62,540 nucleotides of DNA, filler included, from Thermodesulfobacteriota bacterium (GCA_036381125.1; 4 parts of 4 records of this genome joined end to end with filler, not necessarily neighbours in it); one strand, 5' to 3'. Shown: positions 30,519-40,810, counted from the first letter of the whole stretch. The notes: generated by a model from the sequence alone, not told the origin. A program made the numbers and translations.

Positions 30519-31082
30519 ATGAGCCGGCCGCCCGGGGGGCCCTCGCCGGCCGACCACGACCTGGTAGCCAGGGCCCGAAACGGGGACCGCGAGGCGTTCC
30601 GGGTCCTGGTCGAGCGCTACGAGGGGCGGGCGTACGCCATCGCGTTCGGCCTCGTGGGACACCGCGAGGACGCGCGGGAGATCGTCCAGGAGGCGTTCCT
30701 CAAGGCATACCGCACACTCGGCGGCTTCCGCGGCGACTCGAGCTTCTACACCTGGCTCTACCGGATCGTCGTCAACCTGGCGATCGACGCGCGGCGCAAG
30801 GAGCGCCCGTCTCCCCTGGAAGCCCCTGACCGCCTCGAGGACCGGGGCGCCCCGAGCCCCTCGGACGACGCCTACCGCAGCGAGCTGCGCGCCGCGATCA
30901 TGGCCGCGATCGACGACCTGCCCCCGGAGCAGCGAGCGGCGATCGTTCTGCGCGAGCTGGAGGGGCTGTCGTACGCGGAGATCGCAGAGGTGGAGCAGGT
31001 GCCCATCGGGACGGTGATGTCCCGGTTGTTCTACGCGCGCCGGAAGCTCCAGAGCGCCCTGGCACGGTACCGGGGCACGTGA
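30519..31082 (+). CDS. ECF RNA polymerase sigma factor (RpoE-like)
   Basis: DAREIVQEAFLKAY, FRGDSSFYTWLYRI, SYAEIAEVEQVPIGTVMSRLFYAR. Confidence 0.95.
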   Translation: MSRPPGGPSPADHDLVARARNGDREAFRVLVERYEGRAYAIAFGLVGHREDAREIVQEAFLKAYRTLGGFRGDSSFYTWLYRIVVNLAIDARRKERPSPLEAPDRLEDRGAPSPSDDAYRSELRAAIMAAIDDLPPEQRAAIVLRELEGLSYAEIAEVEQVPIGTVMSRLFYARRKLQSALARYRGT

Positions 31083-31112
31083 TGGAGCCCGACCGTCCGG
31101 CCGCGACTATGT

Positions 31113-31649
31113 ATGATGGAGAGCATCGTGACCTGTAGCACTGTCGACGAGCAGATCCACGCCTACCTGGACGGAGAGCTGCCGGAGCCGGCCCGCGCGG
31201 CGGCCGAGCGGCACCTCGCCGGCTGCGCGGCCTGCCGCGAACGCCTCGCGGCCTTCCAGGGCCTCGGCCGGCTGCTCCGGCGCGAGCTGTCGGCCGCGGC
31301 CGGCGAGCCGCCGAGCCTCTGGCCCGCGATCGAGCGCCGGCTCGGCGACATCGCCGTCGACGCGCCCGCCCGGGTCCCGGCTCGGGGGCGCGCAGCCGTC
31401 GGCCGCCGGGCGTGGCGTGCCGTCGTCCCGGCCGCGGCCGCCGCCGCGGCCGTCATCGCGGCGGTGAGCCTCTTCCGGGAGCGCGAGCCGGCTGCGCCGT
31501 CCGAGGCGCCGGCGCAGGTCGCCTCCGTCGAGGGGGGCGACCGCTCCTCGGTCGTCCTGCTCGCCGGCACGCCCTCCGAGCCGCCGATCATCCTGGTCAC
31601 CGAGACGCCGGCGATCCCGCGCCTGTCGGAGGGAGACTCCTCGCTGTGA
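31113..31649 (+). CDS. Zinc-finger (zf-HC2) transmembrane anti-sigma factor
   Basis: YLDGEL...HLAGCAAC (HxxxCxxC) followed by a TM segment. Confidence 0.88.
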   Translation: MMESIVTCSTVDEQIHAYLDGELPEPARAAAERHLAGCAACRERLAAFQGLGRLLRRELSAAAGEPPSLWPAIERRLGDIAVDAPARVPARGRAAVGRRAWRAVVPAAAAAAAVIAAVSLFREREPAAPSEAPAQVASVEGGDRSSVVLLAGTPSEPPIILVTETPAIPRLSEGDSSL

Positions 31650-32092
31650 ATCGCGCCCGCGCCTGGTCGTTCGTGCTCGCTCTCGCCGCCGGCCTGGGTC
31701 TCGCGCAGCCGGCGTCGGCGATGTCCATCTCGGTGCAGGTGCAGGTCATCTACGCCACGAACAACGACACCGGTGTCGATCCGGCGCTGACCCCGCACGC
31801 ACGGAGCTTCTCGTCCTTCCGCTACAGCGCCTACAAGCGCGTCGGCGGTCGGACCCTCGAGCTCAGTGACACCTCGACCGCCTCCATGGAGCTGCCGGGC
31901 GGCCGGCGGCTCGACGTCTTTCCTCGCACCCTCACGCCCGACGGCGCGGACCTGCGCGTCGCCGTCTACGAAGGGGGGCAGAAGCTCGTGGTGAGCCTCG
32001 TGCGCCTGGTACCGGGGGGCCAGCCCATCATCGTCGGGGGCTTCAAGCACGAGGACGGCGCGCTGTTCCTGTCGATCCGGGCCCTGCGTTAG
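31646..32092 (+). CDS. Secreted hypothetical protein in the ECF operon
   Basis: GTGA overlap with the anti-sigma; signal peptide ...AQPASA; typical codon bias. Confidence 0.72.
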   Translation: MNRARAWSFVLALAAGLGLAQPASAMSISVQVQVIYATNNDTGVDPALTPHARSFSSFRYSAYKRVGGRTLELSDTSTASMELPGGRRLDVFPRTLTPDGADLRVAVYEGGQKLVVSLVRLVPGGQPIIVGGFKHEDGALFLSIRALR

Positions 32093-32152
32093 AAACCGGA
32101 CAGCGGGGGGCCCGGTTCCGTCGAAAGGGCTTCCCAAGGAGGTTGCAAAGAC

Positions 32153-32689
32153 ATGGGTACCGGGACACCTGTTGCCGGCCGGCCCGGCCGCCTCGTGCCG
32201 GCCGGCCCGGCCGCGGCGCACCGTGCCGCCGTGGCGGCGGCCTGCGCCTGCGCGCTGCTCCTCGGCGCCTGCGCGGCGGGACCGACGCGGTACCCCGGCC
32301 GGGCGGACGTCCGGGCGGGGGACGCGCCGGTCATCCGCATCGAGGAGACGAACTCCACCGACACCTCGCCGCGCGTGCTGCGGGTGCCGCCCGGCACGGA
32401 CGTCTCGTGGCTCAACGCCTCGGGGCAGATCGTGTTCGTCCGGTTCGTGCAGCCGGTGCGGGAGGCCTGCGGCGAGCCGGTGCGGTTCGATCGCAACTTC
32501 GACGGCACGAGCTACGTGACCCGGAACCTCGCCCCCTTCAACGAGGCCCGCCTCTGCTTTCCCGAGCCGGGGCGGTACGACTTCGTCGTCAGCTCGCTGG
32601 GCGGCGGCGGCGGGGGCGGCGACCAGGTGACCAACGGCCTGAACGGCTCGCCCTCACCGGTCCGTTACGGGACGGTGATCGTCGAGTAG
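32153..32689 (+). CDS. Lipoprotein, cupredoxin-like fold suspected
   Basis: AAGGAGG SD; lipobox LLLGAC; PRVLRVPPGTDVSWLN...FPEPGRYDF...GTVIVE pattern. Confidence 0.65.
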   Translation: MGTGTPVAGRPGRLVPAGPAAAHRAAVAAACACALLLGACAAGPTRYPGRADVRAGDAPVIRIEETNSTDTSPRVLRVPPGTDVSWLNASGQIVFVRFVQPVREACGEPVRFDRNFDGTSYVTRNLAPFNEARLCFPEPGRYDFVVSSLGGGGGGGDQVTNGLNGSPSPVRYGTVIVE

Positions 32690-32749
32690 GTCGTCCGAAA
32701 ACCGAACAACTCCGCGGGGTCACGCCGACGGCGTGACCCCAGGGAGTCG

Positions 32750-32779
32750 TTGACATTTCAACTCCTCTCCGAGTAACGT
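32750..32779 (+). promoter_or_regulatory. Putative sigma70 promoter of the GntR gene
   Basis: TTGACA-N18-TAACGT. Confidence 0.6.
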
Positions 32780-32836
32780 AGTCACGCCTCGTTCGGCTCC
32801 GTGCAGGTCGCACCATTCGCCGGGGTTATCGCCGCC

Positions 32837-33562
32837 ATGCGCGTCCACATGGCCGGGCTTCCGGCCGTCGACACCTCGCGGGCCCTCGAACGCCGTTCGC
32901 CGCCGCGCACGCTGCGCGACCGGGTGGTCGCGACGCTGCGGGAGTCCATCGTCTCGGGGCGCATCCCGCCCGGGGCCCGCCTGTCCGAGCCGTCGCTCGC
33001 GCGCGAGCTGCAGGTGAGCCGCGGGCCGATCCGCGAGGCGATCCGGGAGCTGGCCGCCGAGGGGCTCGTCCGGATCGAGGCGCGGATCGGCACGTTCGTG
33101 ACCCGTCCCGAGGCGAGGGAGATCGCGGAGGCCTTCGCCATCAAGTCGGTCCTCGAGGGGCTCGCGGCGCGCCTGGCCTGCGCCGAGGGGACCGAGGAGT
33201 CGCGCCGAGCCCATCTCGCGCCGCACCTCGCCGCGCTCGATCGGGTCGACCTGGCGTCCGACAGCCGCGCCTACCTCGCCGCGACGCGGAGCTTCCACGA
33301 GGCGATCCTCGAGCTGGCCGGCAACGCCCGGCTGGCCGCGCTCCACCGCACGCTGAACGACCAGCTCCAGCGCCTCTGCGGTCCACTCGTCACGCCCGAC
33401 CTCGTGATCCGCTACGCCCAGGAGCACCGCGCGATCGCGGCGGCCATCGCCGCCAACCGTCCGACCCAGGCCGAGCGGCTGTCGCGCCTGCACGTCGCGC
33501 GGTCCGGCGACCGGCTGCTCGAGATCGGCGCCAGAGGCCAGAGGCGCCGATTCGGGTCCTGA
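32837..33562 (+). CDS. GntR-family (FCD) transcriptional regulator
   Basis: LRESIVSGRIPPGARLSEPSLARELQVSRGPIREAIREL; FHEAILELAGN; EHRAI; start uncertain. Confidence 0.9.
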   Translation: MRVHMAGLPAVDTSRALERRSPPRTLRDRVVATLRESIVSGRIPPGARLSEPSLARELQVSRGPIREAIRELAAEGLVRIEARIGTFVTRPEAREIAEAFAIKSVLEGLAARLACAEGTEESRRAHLAPHLAALDRVDLASDSRAYLAATRSFHEAILELAGNARLAALHRTLNDQLQRLCGPLVTPDLVIRYAQEHRAIAAAIAANRPTQAERLSRLHVARSGDRLLEIGARGQRRRFGS

Positions 33563-33787
33563 TCGCGCCGGGTCGCGCCACCCGAATCGTCCCTTCCGGG
33601 GGGCGTCCCGGACGGGCCGCCCCGGCGTTGCGGCTGGACCGCCTCCGGTCTATACTTTCCCGGATTTTCGGGCTCTTCGGCCGGGCACCCCCTTCTTATC
33701 CGACACCCAGGGGCTCCCCGCGGGTCCACGAGGCGCGCGCGGAACCCGGGCTAAGGAGTGTCTCCGCGAATGGTACAGCGCAGCGCC

Positions 33788-34783
33788 GTGGCCACCGAAT
33801 CCGTCGAGCGCCTCGATCACAAGCTCCTCGAGTCCCTCCTCCACCAGATGCTCCTCATCCGCCGATTCGAAGAGAAGGCCGCCGAGATGTACGCGGCAGG
33901 CCGGATCGGCGGCTTCTGCCACCTGTACATCGGGCAGGAGGCCATCGCGGTGGGGGCCGTGCCGCTCTTGCGGGCCGACGACTACGTCATCGCGCCCTAC
34001 CGCGAGCACGGCCACGCCCTCGCCCGGGGCATGTCCGCCGACGTGATCATGGCCGAGCTCTACGGCAAGATCGGCGGCTGCTCGAAGGGGAAGGGGGGCT
34101 CCATGCACCTCTTCGACCGCGAGCTGAACTTCATGGGCGGGCACGGCATCGTGGGCGGACAGCTTCCGGTCGCCGTGGGGCTCGGCTTCGCCTCCCGCTA
34201 CCAGGACCGCGACTCCGTCACGCTGGCCTTCCTCGGCGACGGCGCCGTCCCGCAGGGCGCGTTCCACGAGTCGCTGAATCTCGCCGCGCTCTGGAAGCTG
34301 CCGATCGTCTTCCTGATCGAGAACAACCAGTACGCCATGGGGACGCCGCTTGCCAAGACCAACGCCGTGACCGACCTCTACAAGCAGGCGTCGGCGTACG
34401 GCATGGAGGGCGTCGTGGTGGACGGCATGGACGTCCTCGCGGTGCGCGCCGTGACCGAGAAGGCGCTCGCGCGCGCGCGCAAGGGGATGCCGGTGCTGAT
34501 CGAGGCGCGCACCTACCGGTACCGCGGTCACTCCATGAGCGATCCGACCTCCGGCACGTACCGCACGAGGGAGGAGCTCGAGGAGCACAAGAAGCGCGAC
34601 CCCATCGTCCTCTTCCGCGAGCGGCTGATGAAGGACGGCGTCATCGACGAGGCGAAGCTCAAGGCGCTCGACGAGCAGGTGAAGGCCACGGTGCAGCGCG
34701 CGGTCGACTTCGCGGAGCAGAGCCCGTACCCGCCGATCGAGTCGATGTACGAGGACGTCTACGCGGACGAGAGGGCCCACTAG
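33788..34783 (+). CDS. pdhA: Pyruvate dehydrogenase E1 alpha
   Basis: IGGFCHLYIGQEA, GKGGSMH, GDGA TPP motif, YRYRGHSMSDP; start uncertain (33758-33788). Confidence 0.95.
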   Translation: MATESVERLDHKLLESLLHQMLLIRRFEEKAAEMYAAGRIGGFCHLYIGQEAIAVGAVPLLRADDYVIAPYREHGHALARGMSADVIMAELYGKIGGCSKGKGGSMHLFDRELNFMGGHGIVGGQLPVAVGLGFASRYQDRDSVTLAFLGDGAVPQGAFHESLNLAALWKLPIVFLIENNQYAMGTPLAKTNAVTDLYKQASAYGMEGVVVDGMDVLAVRAVTEKALARARKGMPVLIEARTYRYRGHSMSDPTSGTYRTREELEEHKKRDPIVLFRERLMKDGVIDEAKLKALDEQVKATVQRAVDFAEQSPYPPIESMYEDVYADERAH

Positions 34784-35764
34784 ATGGCGGTCATCACCAT
34801 GCGCGAGGCGCTGAACCAGGCGCTCCGCGAGGAGATGGCGCGCGACCCCCGCGTGTTCCTGATGGGCGAGGAGGTCGGCGCCTACAACGGGGCGTACAAG
34901 GTCAGCCAGGGGCTCCTGAAGGAGTTCGGCGCGAAGCGGGTCATCGACACGCCGATCGCCGAGGAGGGCTTCGCGGGGGCCGGCATCGGCGCCGCGATCG
35001 CGGGGCTCAGGCCGATCGTCGAGATGATGACCTGGAACTTCGCGTTCCTCGCGCTCGACCAGATCGTCAACAACGCCGCGAAGATGCGGTACATGTCGGG
35101 CGGCCAGCTCGGCTGCCCCATCGTCTTCCGCGGCCCGAACGGCGCGGCGCACCAGCTCGCCTCGCAGCACAGTCAGGCCACCGAGACCTTCTGGTGTCAC
35201 GTGCCGGGGCTCAAGGTGGTGTCGCCGGCGACGCCGGCCGACGCGAAGGGGCTCCTCAAGTCGGCCGTCCGGGACGACAACCCCGTCATCATGCTCGAGA
35301 GCGAGACGCTCTACGGCCTCAAGGGGGAGGTGCCCGACGGCGAGCACCTGGTGCCCATCGGGGTGGCCGACGTGAAGCGCGCCGGCTCCGACGTGACGCT
35401 CATCGGCTGGAGCAAGACGCTCCACTACGCCCTCGAGGCGGCCAACGACCTCGCGCAGGAGGGGATCGAGGCGGAGGTCATCGACCTGCGCACGCTCCGG
35501 CCGCTCGACGTCGAGACCATCGTCCAGTCGGTCCGCAAGACCAACCGCGTGGTCGTGGTCCAGGAGGGCTGGCGGTATGCCGGCGTCGCCGCGGAGGTCG
35601 CGCAGGTGATCAGCGAGCATGCCTGGGACGACCTCGACGCGCCGGTCGCGCGGGTGACCGGCGCGGACGTGCCGATGCCCTACTCGAAGGACCTCGAGAA
35701 GGCGGCGATGCCCCACAAGGACCTGATCGTGGCGGCCGCGAAGAAGGTGCTCTATCGCGCCTAG
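34784..35764 (+). CDS. pdhB: Pyruvate dehydrogenase E1 beta
   Basis: GEEVGAYNGAYKVS, DTPIAE, QHSQ, IDLRTLRPLD. Confidence 0.96.
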   Translation: MAVITMREALNQALREEMARDPRVFLMGEEVGAYNGAYKVSQGLLKEFGAKRVIDTPIAEEGFAGAGIGAAIAGLRPIVEMMTWNFAFLALDQIVNNAAKMRYMSGGQLGCPIVFRGPNGAAHQLASQHSQATETFWCHVPGLKVVSPATPADAKGLLKSAVRDDNPVIMLESETLYGLKGEVPDGEHLVPIGVADVKRAGSDVTLIGWSKTLHYALEAANDLAQEGIEAEVIDLRTLRPLDVETIVQSVRKTNRVVVVQEGWRYAGVAAEVAQVISEHAWDDLDAPVARVTGADVPMPYSKDLEKAAMPHKDLIVAAAKKVLYRA

Positions 35765-35929
35765 GCGGTCGTCCCTCCGCGACGCTCCGGCGGCGGCCTG
35801 CCGCCCGGGGCTCGCGGCCCTCGGCCCTCTTCCCCCTCTGCCCGTTCGGCCGGCGGGCGCGGGCGGGCCCTGGCGCCGGTCCGTTGGAGTCGCGCAGCAC
35901 CCGGGTACGCTCACTCAGGGAGTCAGACG

Positions 35930-37336
35930 TTGGCGACGAAAGTCCTGATGCCCAAGCTCTCGGACACGATGACCGAGGGCACGATCAACGAGTGGCTGAA
36001 GAAGGAGGGCGACCGCGTCGAGGCGGGCGAGGCCCTGGCGACGGTCGAGACCGACAAGGCGACGATGGAGCTGGAGTCCTACTCGTCGGGCACCCTCCGG
36101 AAGGTCATCGTCCAGGCCGGCGCGTCGGCCCCGGTCGGCGCCCTCATCGCCGTCGTCGGCGAGCCGAACGAGGACATCGCCCCGATCCTCGCGGAGGCGC
36201 AGGCGCCCGCCGGCGCCGAGACCGCCGCGCCCGCGCCGGCACCGGCGGAGCCGGCCGCCGAGCGCGGGCCCGTCGCCACGGCTCCCGGCCCGAGGCCGAG
36301 CCCCGCCGGCCCTGGGCTCGTCGTGCCGCCCACGGAGCGCCCCACGATGCCGCAGGCGGCCGGCACGCCGCCGCCGGCCGTCACCGCCGAGCCCCACGGC
36401 CCCAACGGCGCGCGCGTGCCGGCCGACGGGCGCGTCAAGGCGTCGCCCCTCGCCCGGCGTCTTGCCGAGGCCAGGGGGATCGACCTCGCCATGGTGCGGG
36501 GCAGCGGCCCGGGCGGGCGCGTGATCAAGCGCGACATCGAGGCCTGGCAGCCGAGGCCGGCCGCGGCCCCGGCGCCCGCGGCGGCGCCGGCGGAGCGGAA
36601 AGTCGAGCCGCTGGTGGTGCCGCGGGCCCCCGTGCCGGTGACCGGCCCCACGCCGGGCGAGGACCGGCCCCTCACCTCCATGCGCAGGGTCGTCGCGCAG
36701 CGGATGGTCGAGTCCAAGACCACGGTCCCGCACTTCTACCTCACGGTCGAGGTCGACATGGACAGGGCCGTGGAGATGCGGGCCGCGCTCGTCGCCGCGG
36801 CGCCCGACATCAAGGTCACCTACACGGACATGATCCTGAAGGCCTGCGGGCTCGCGCTCGCGCGGCACCCGAAGGTGAACGCGTCGTTCCTCGGCGACCG
36901 GATCCGCGTGTGGCAGCGGGCCGACATCGGGCTCGCCGTGGCGCTCGACGACGGGCTCATCACGCCCATCGTCACCGGATGCGACGTGAAGAGCCTCGGC
37001 CAGATCGCCGTCGAGGCCAGGGCGCTGGCCGAGCGCGCGCGCGCCCGCCAGCTCAGGCCCGAGGAGTACCAGGGCGGCTCCTTCTCGGTCTCGAACCTCG
37101 GCATGTACGACGTCGAGGAGTTCTCGGCGATCATCAACCCGCCGCAGGGGGCGATCCTGGCGGTCGGCGCCGTCGCCAGGAAGGCGGTCGTCAAGGAGGA
37201 CGGCAGCCTCGCCGCGGGGCACCGCATGAAGATGACCCTCTCCTGCGACCACCGGGCCATCGACGGGGCCGTGGGGGCGGCGTTCCTGCGGGACGTGAAG
37301 CGCTTGCTGGAGCAGCCGGCAGCGCTCGCCCTGTAG
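35930..37336 (+). CDS. pdhC: Pyruvate dehydrogenase E2 dihydrolipoamide acetyltransferase
   Basis: Lipoyl domain ETDKATME; E3-binding ASPLARR...GSGPGGRVIKRD; catalytic DHRAIDG. Confidence 0.95.
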   Translation: MATKVLMPKLSDTMTEGTINEWLKKEGDRVEAGEALATVETDKATMELESYSSGTLRKVIVQAGASAPVGALIAVVGEPNEDIAPILAEAQAPAGAETAAPAPAPAEPAAERGPVATAPGPRPSPAGPGLVVPPTERPTMPQAAGTPPPAVTAEPHGPNGARVPADGRVKASPLARRLAEARGIDLAMVRGSGPGGRVIKRDIEAWQPRPAAAPAPAAAPAERKVEPLVVPRAPVPVTGPTPGEDRPLTSMRRVVAQRMVESKTTVPHFYLTVEVDMDRAVEMRAALVAAAPDIKVTYTDMILKACGLALARHPKVNASFLGDRIRVWQRADIGLAVALDDGLITPIVTGCDVKSLGQIAVEARALAERARARQLRPEEYQGGSFSVSNLGMYDVEEFSAIINPPQGAILAVGAVARKAVVKEDGSLAAGHRMKMTLSCDHRAIDGAVGAAFLRDVKRLLEQPAALAL

Positions 37337-37574
37337 GCCGGGCGGCCCGGGCACGCCCGGCCGCCCGGTGGGCGTGCCGGGCGGCCGCCGGCAGAGCGAG
37401 GCGTGCCCGTTCCGCGTGGGGGCGGTCCCCGGCGCCGGCGGCCGGCCGGCGTCCCTGGCGCTCAGGCGGGCGTACCTTGCAGCGACCGGGGCGGGGCGCT
37501 ACCCTGTTCCTGTCCCTGGAACTGCGCGAATTACCTCGCTTTACCGCGCGCGGGACGTCTTGTTTCACCTGTAA

Positions 37575-37592
37575 TTGTGAAGCCTTGCACGT
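37575..37592. promoter_or_regulatory. Possible Rex-like operator upstream of nuoB
   Basis: TTGTGAA-gcct-TGCACGT resembles TTGTGAA-N4-TTCACAA; downstream of TTGCAG-N17-TACCCT (37477-37505). Confidence 0.35.
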
Positions 37593-37643
37593 GCTCGGCG
37601 CGGCCGGGGCCGCGACCGGAGGCACGGCAGCGACGAGGCGCCT

Positions 37644-38177
37644 GTGGCCAACCCGATCCTGACACTCGGCAAGCCGGAGGAACGCGACCCGGAGCTCAGG
37701 GAGAACGTGCTCCTCACCCAGGTCGACAAGATCGTCAACTGGGCGCGCGCCAACTCGGTCTGGCCGCTCGGGTTCGGTCTCGCCTGCTGCGCCATCGAGA
37801 TGATGGCGGTGTCGGCCACCAAGTTCGACCTGGCACGCTTCGGCGCGGAGGTCTTCCGCTCCTCGCCGCGGCAGGCGGACCTCATGATCGTCGCCGGCCG
37901 GGTGAGCCAGAAGATGGCCCCGGTGCTGCGGCGCCTCTGGGAGCAGATGCCCGAGCCCAAGTGGGTCATCTCGATGGGCGCCTGCGCCTCCACGGGCGGC
38001 GTGTTCAACAACTACGCGCTCGTCCAGGGAGTCGACAAGGTGGTGCCGGTCGACGTCTACGCGCCCGGCTGCCCGCCGGGGCCCGAGACCCTCATGTACG
38101 CGATCATGCAGCTGCAGCGGAAGATCAAGGGCGAGGTCCCACGCCACGCCGTCATCAACACCCCGCTGCCGGCGTGA
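37644..38177 (+). CDS. nuoB: NADH-quinone oxidoreductase subunit B
   Basis: [36 protein letters not shown]. Confidence 0.97.
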   Translation: MANPILTLGKPEERDPELRENVLLTQVDKIVNWARANSVWPLGFGLACCAIEMMAVSATKFDLARFGAEVFRSSPRQADLMIVAGRVSQKMAPVLRRLWEQMPEPKWVISMGACASTGGVFNNYALVQGVDKVVPVDVYAPGCPPGPETLMYAIMQLQRKIKGEVPRHAVINTPLPA

Positions 38178-38686
38178 TGCCGGAGAGTCCCATGCGCGAA
38201 CGAGCCGGCGAAGGCCATGTCGCGGTCGTCTCGGCCGAGGAGGCCGCCGAGGCCGTGAAGGCGACCTTCCCCGAGACCGTCGAGGAGACCACCCTCAAGG
38301 AGGACCTCCCCTGCCTGATCGTGCGGCGGGAGGACCTCGTGAACGCGATGCACGAACTGCGTCGCGCCGGCTTCGACTTCCTGGTCGATCTCACCGCCGT
38401 CGACTACCCGGGCCGCGCCGAGCGCTTCGAGGTCGTCTACCACCTCTACTCGTTCGCGGCCAACCAGCGGCTGCGGGTAAAGACGCGCGCCGCGGAGTCG
38501 ACACCCGTCCCGACGCTCACGGGCCTCTGGAAGTCGGCCAACTGGTTCGAGCGCGAGGTGTGGGACCTCTTCGGCGTCCGCTTCGAGGGACACCCGAATC
38601 TCACCCGCATCGTCCTGCCGGACGACTGGGTGGGGCACCCGCTCCGGAAGGACTTCCCGATCGGCGGCGAGAACGTCCAGTTCTGA
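38177..38686 (+). CDS. nuoC: NADH-quinone oxidoreductase subunit C
   Basis: DLTAVDYP, RFEVVYHL, ANWFEREVWDLFGVRFEGHPNLTRI, GHPLRKDFP; start uncertain. Confidence 0.95.
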   Translation: MPESPMRERAGEGHVAVVSAEEAAEAVKATFPETVEETTLKEDLPCLIVRREDLVNAMHELRRAGFDFLVDLTAVDYPGRAERFEVVYHLYSFAANQRLRVKTRAAESTPVPTLTGLWKSANWFEREVWDLFGVRFEGHPNLTRIVLPDDWVGHPLRKDFPIGGENVQF

Positions 38687-38774
38687 GCGGGACACGCGTA
38701 GGAAGCGAGGCCCGGGCGCACCACGGGCCGAGCGACTGGGGCGCGGAGGGACCGGCGGCGCCGACCCCCCGCGG

Positions 38775-40031
38775 ATGAGGCCAATGACGGTACCCAGCAC
38801 CAAGGTCACGGAACTCCACGTCGGCGAGGGCGCCGGGCGCGCGGTCGTCGAGCGGCCGCTCTTCGAGACGATGACCGTCAACATGGGGCCGCAGCACCCG
38901 TCCACCCACGGCGTGCTCCGACTGGTCCTCGAGCTCGACGGCGAGACCATCGTCAAGGCGACGCCGGTGATCGGCTACCTGCACACCGGCATCGAGAAGA
39001 CGATGGAGATGAAGAACTACAACCAGTCGCTCACGATGACCGACCGGGTCGACTACCTCTCGCCGCTCTCGAACAACCTCGCCTACTGCCTCGCCGCGGA
39101 GAAGCTCATCGGCTGCGAGATCCCCAAGCGGGTCCAGTACATCCGGGTGCTCCTCGCCGAGCTGACGCGCATCGGCTCGCACCTTGTCTGGCTCGGCACG
39201 CACGCGCTCGACATCGGCGCCGTCACGATCTTCCTCTGGTGCTGGCGGGAGCGCGAGCGGGTCCTCGCCCTCTTCGAGGAGGCGTCGGGCGTCCGGATGA
39301 TGACCTCGTTCATCCGCGTGGGCGGCATGTACGAGGACCTCCCGGTCGGCTGGCTCGACCGCGTGCGGGAGTTCGCCGAGACCTTCCCCGACGCGATCGA
39401 CGAGTACGACACGATGCTCACGAAGAACCCGATCTGGGTCCGGCGGACGAAGGGCGTCGGCGTGCTCTCGAAGGCGGACTGCCTGAACTACTCCCTCACC
39501 GGGCCGCTCCTGCGCGCCGCCGGCGTCAAGCACGACCTCAGGAAGGACCAGCCCTACTCCTCGTACGAGGAGTTCGAGTTCGACGTGCCGGTCCAGCAGG
39601 AGAGCGACGTCTACGCGCGCTACCTCGTGCGGATGGAGGAGCTGCGCCAGAGCGTGCGCATCATCGAGCAGGCGCTCGAGAAGATCACGCCGCCGCCCGG
39701 CCCCTACCAGACGACCGACCGGCGCTTCGCGCGGCCCCCGTTCAGCGACATCGACCAGTCGATGGAGTCGCTCATCTACCACTTCAAGATCGGGAGTGAG
39801 GGCTTCCGGGTGCCGGCCGGCGAGGCGTACGCCGCCGTCGAGAGCGCCCGCGGACAGCTCGGCGTCTTCATGGTGGCCGACGGCTCGAACAAGCCCTACC
39901 GGGTGCGGTTGCGGCCGCCGTCCTTCATCAACCTTCAGGCCCTGCCGCCGATGATCGAGGGGCGGCTCATCGCCGACGCGGTGGCCGCCATCGGCTCGAT
40001 CGACATCGTGCTCGGGGAGGTGGACCGGTAA
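38775..40031 (+). CDS. nuoD: NADH-quinone oxidoreductase subunit D
   Basis: NMGPQHPSTHGVLRL, GYLHTGIEK, DRVDY, SIDIVLGEVDR. Confidence 0.97.
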   Translation: MRPMTVPSTKVTELHVGEGAGRAVVERPLFETMTVNMGPQHPSTHGVLRLVLELDGETIVKATPVIGYLHTGIEKTMEMKNYNQSLTMTDRVDYLSPLSNNLAYCLAAEKLIGCEIPKRVQYIRVLLAELTRIGSHLVWLGTHALDIGAVTIFLWCWRERERVLALFEEASGVRMMTSFIRVGGMYEDLPVGWLDRVREFAETFPDAIDEYDTMLTKNPIWVRRTKGVGVLSKADCLNYSLTGPLLRAAGVKHDLRKDQPYSSYEEFEFDVPVQQESDVYARYLVRMEELRQSVRIIEQALEKITPPPGPYQTTDRRFARPPFSDIDQSMESLIYHFKIGSEGFRVPAGEAYAAVESARGQLGVFMVADGSNKPYRVRLRPPSFINLQALPPMIEGRLIADAVAAIGSIDIVLGEVDR

Positions 40032-40807
40032 TGGCCCACAAGCGGGGAAGCGGCAACGGCGCGGGGCCCGACGAAGGGCTCATCTCGATCGAGTCCTTCC
40101 TTACGCGCGGCCCCTTCAAGTCGACGGCCGACGGCGGGCACCCCACCGTGCCGCCCGATTACGAGGTCTGGGAGCCGGAGTTCGAGCACGACCAGCGCGG
40201 CCTCTCCGAGGAGGCGAAGGCCGCCATCGACCGGCTCGCCGCGCGGTACCCGTCGCGCAAGAGCGCGTCCCTGCCCGCGCTCTTCATCGCGCAGAACGAG
40301 CTGGGGTTCGTCACGCCGCGCGCCGTGGCCGAGGTGGCGGCGCTCGTCGACATGTCGCCGGCCGAGGTGCAGACGCTCCTGACGTTCTACCCGATGTTCC
40401 GCCGCCGGCCGGCGGGCCGGTACGTCATCAACGTCTGCACGACCATCTCCTGTCAGCTCAGGGGCGGCTACGACATCCTCGAGCACCTCGAGAAGAAGCT
40501 CGGCATCCACGCCGGCGAGACGACGCCGGACGGCGCCTTCACGCTGCAGACCTGGGAGTGCATCGCGGCCTGCGGCGGGGCGCCGGCCATCCAGGTCAAC
40601 CTCGAGTACGTGGAGCGGGTCGACGCCGAGCAGGTGGACCGGCTGATCGACGACCTCAGGCGCAAGGCCGAGGCCGACCGCCTCGCGGGCAAGGGAGGGC
40701 CGGCCGCGCCGCACGGGCCCACCGCCGCGTCGACGGTCGAGTGGCTCGACAAGGTCCCGGAGCCGGCCGACGGCGGGTCACCACGGAAGCTGGGCGGAGG
40801 CAAGTAG
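40031..40807 (+). CDS. nuoE: NADH-quinone oxidoreductase subunit E
   Basis: TFYPMF, CTTISC and CIAACGGAP 2Fe-2S motifs; N- and C-terminal extensions. Confidence 0.93.
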   Translation: MAHKRGSGNGAGPDEGLISIESFLTRGPFKSTADGGHPTVPPDYEVWEPEFEHDQRGLSEEAKAAIDRLAARYPSRKSASLPALFIAQNELGFVTPRAVAEVAALVDMSPAEVQTLLTFYPMFRRRPAGRYVINVCTTISCQLRGGYDILEHLEKKLGIHAGETTPDGAFTLQTWECIAACGGAPAIQVNLEYVERVDAEQVDRLIDDLRRKAEADRLAGKGGPAAPHGPTAASTVEWLDKVPEPADGGSPRKLGGGK

Positions 40808-40810
40808 GCC

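Noticed and set aside
33788-37336. pdhABC without an adjacent E3 (lpdA)
   Set aside because: E3 is commonly shared and encoded elsewhere.
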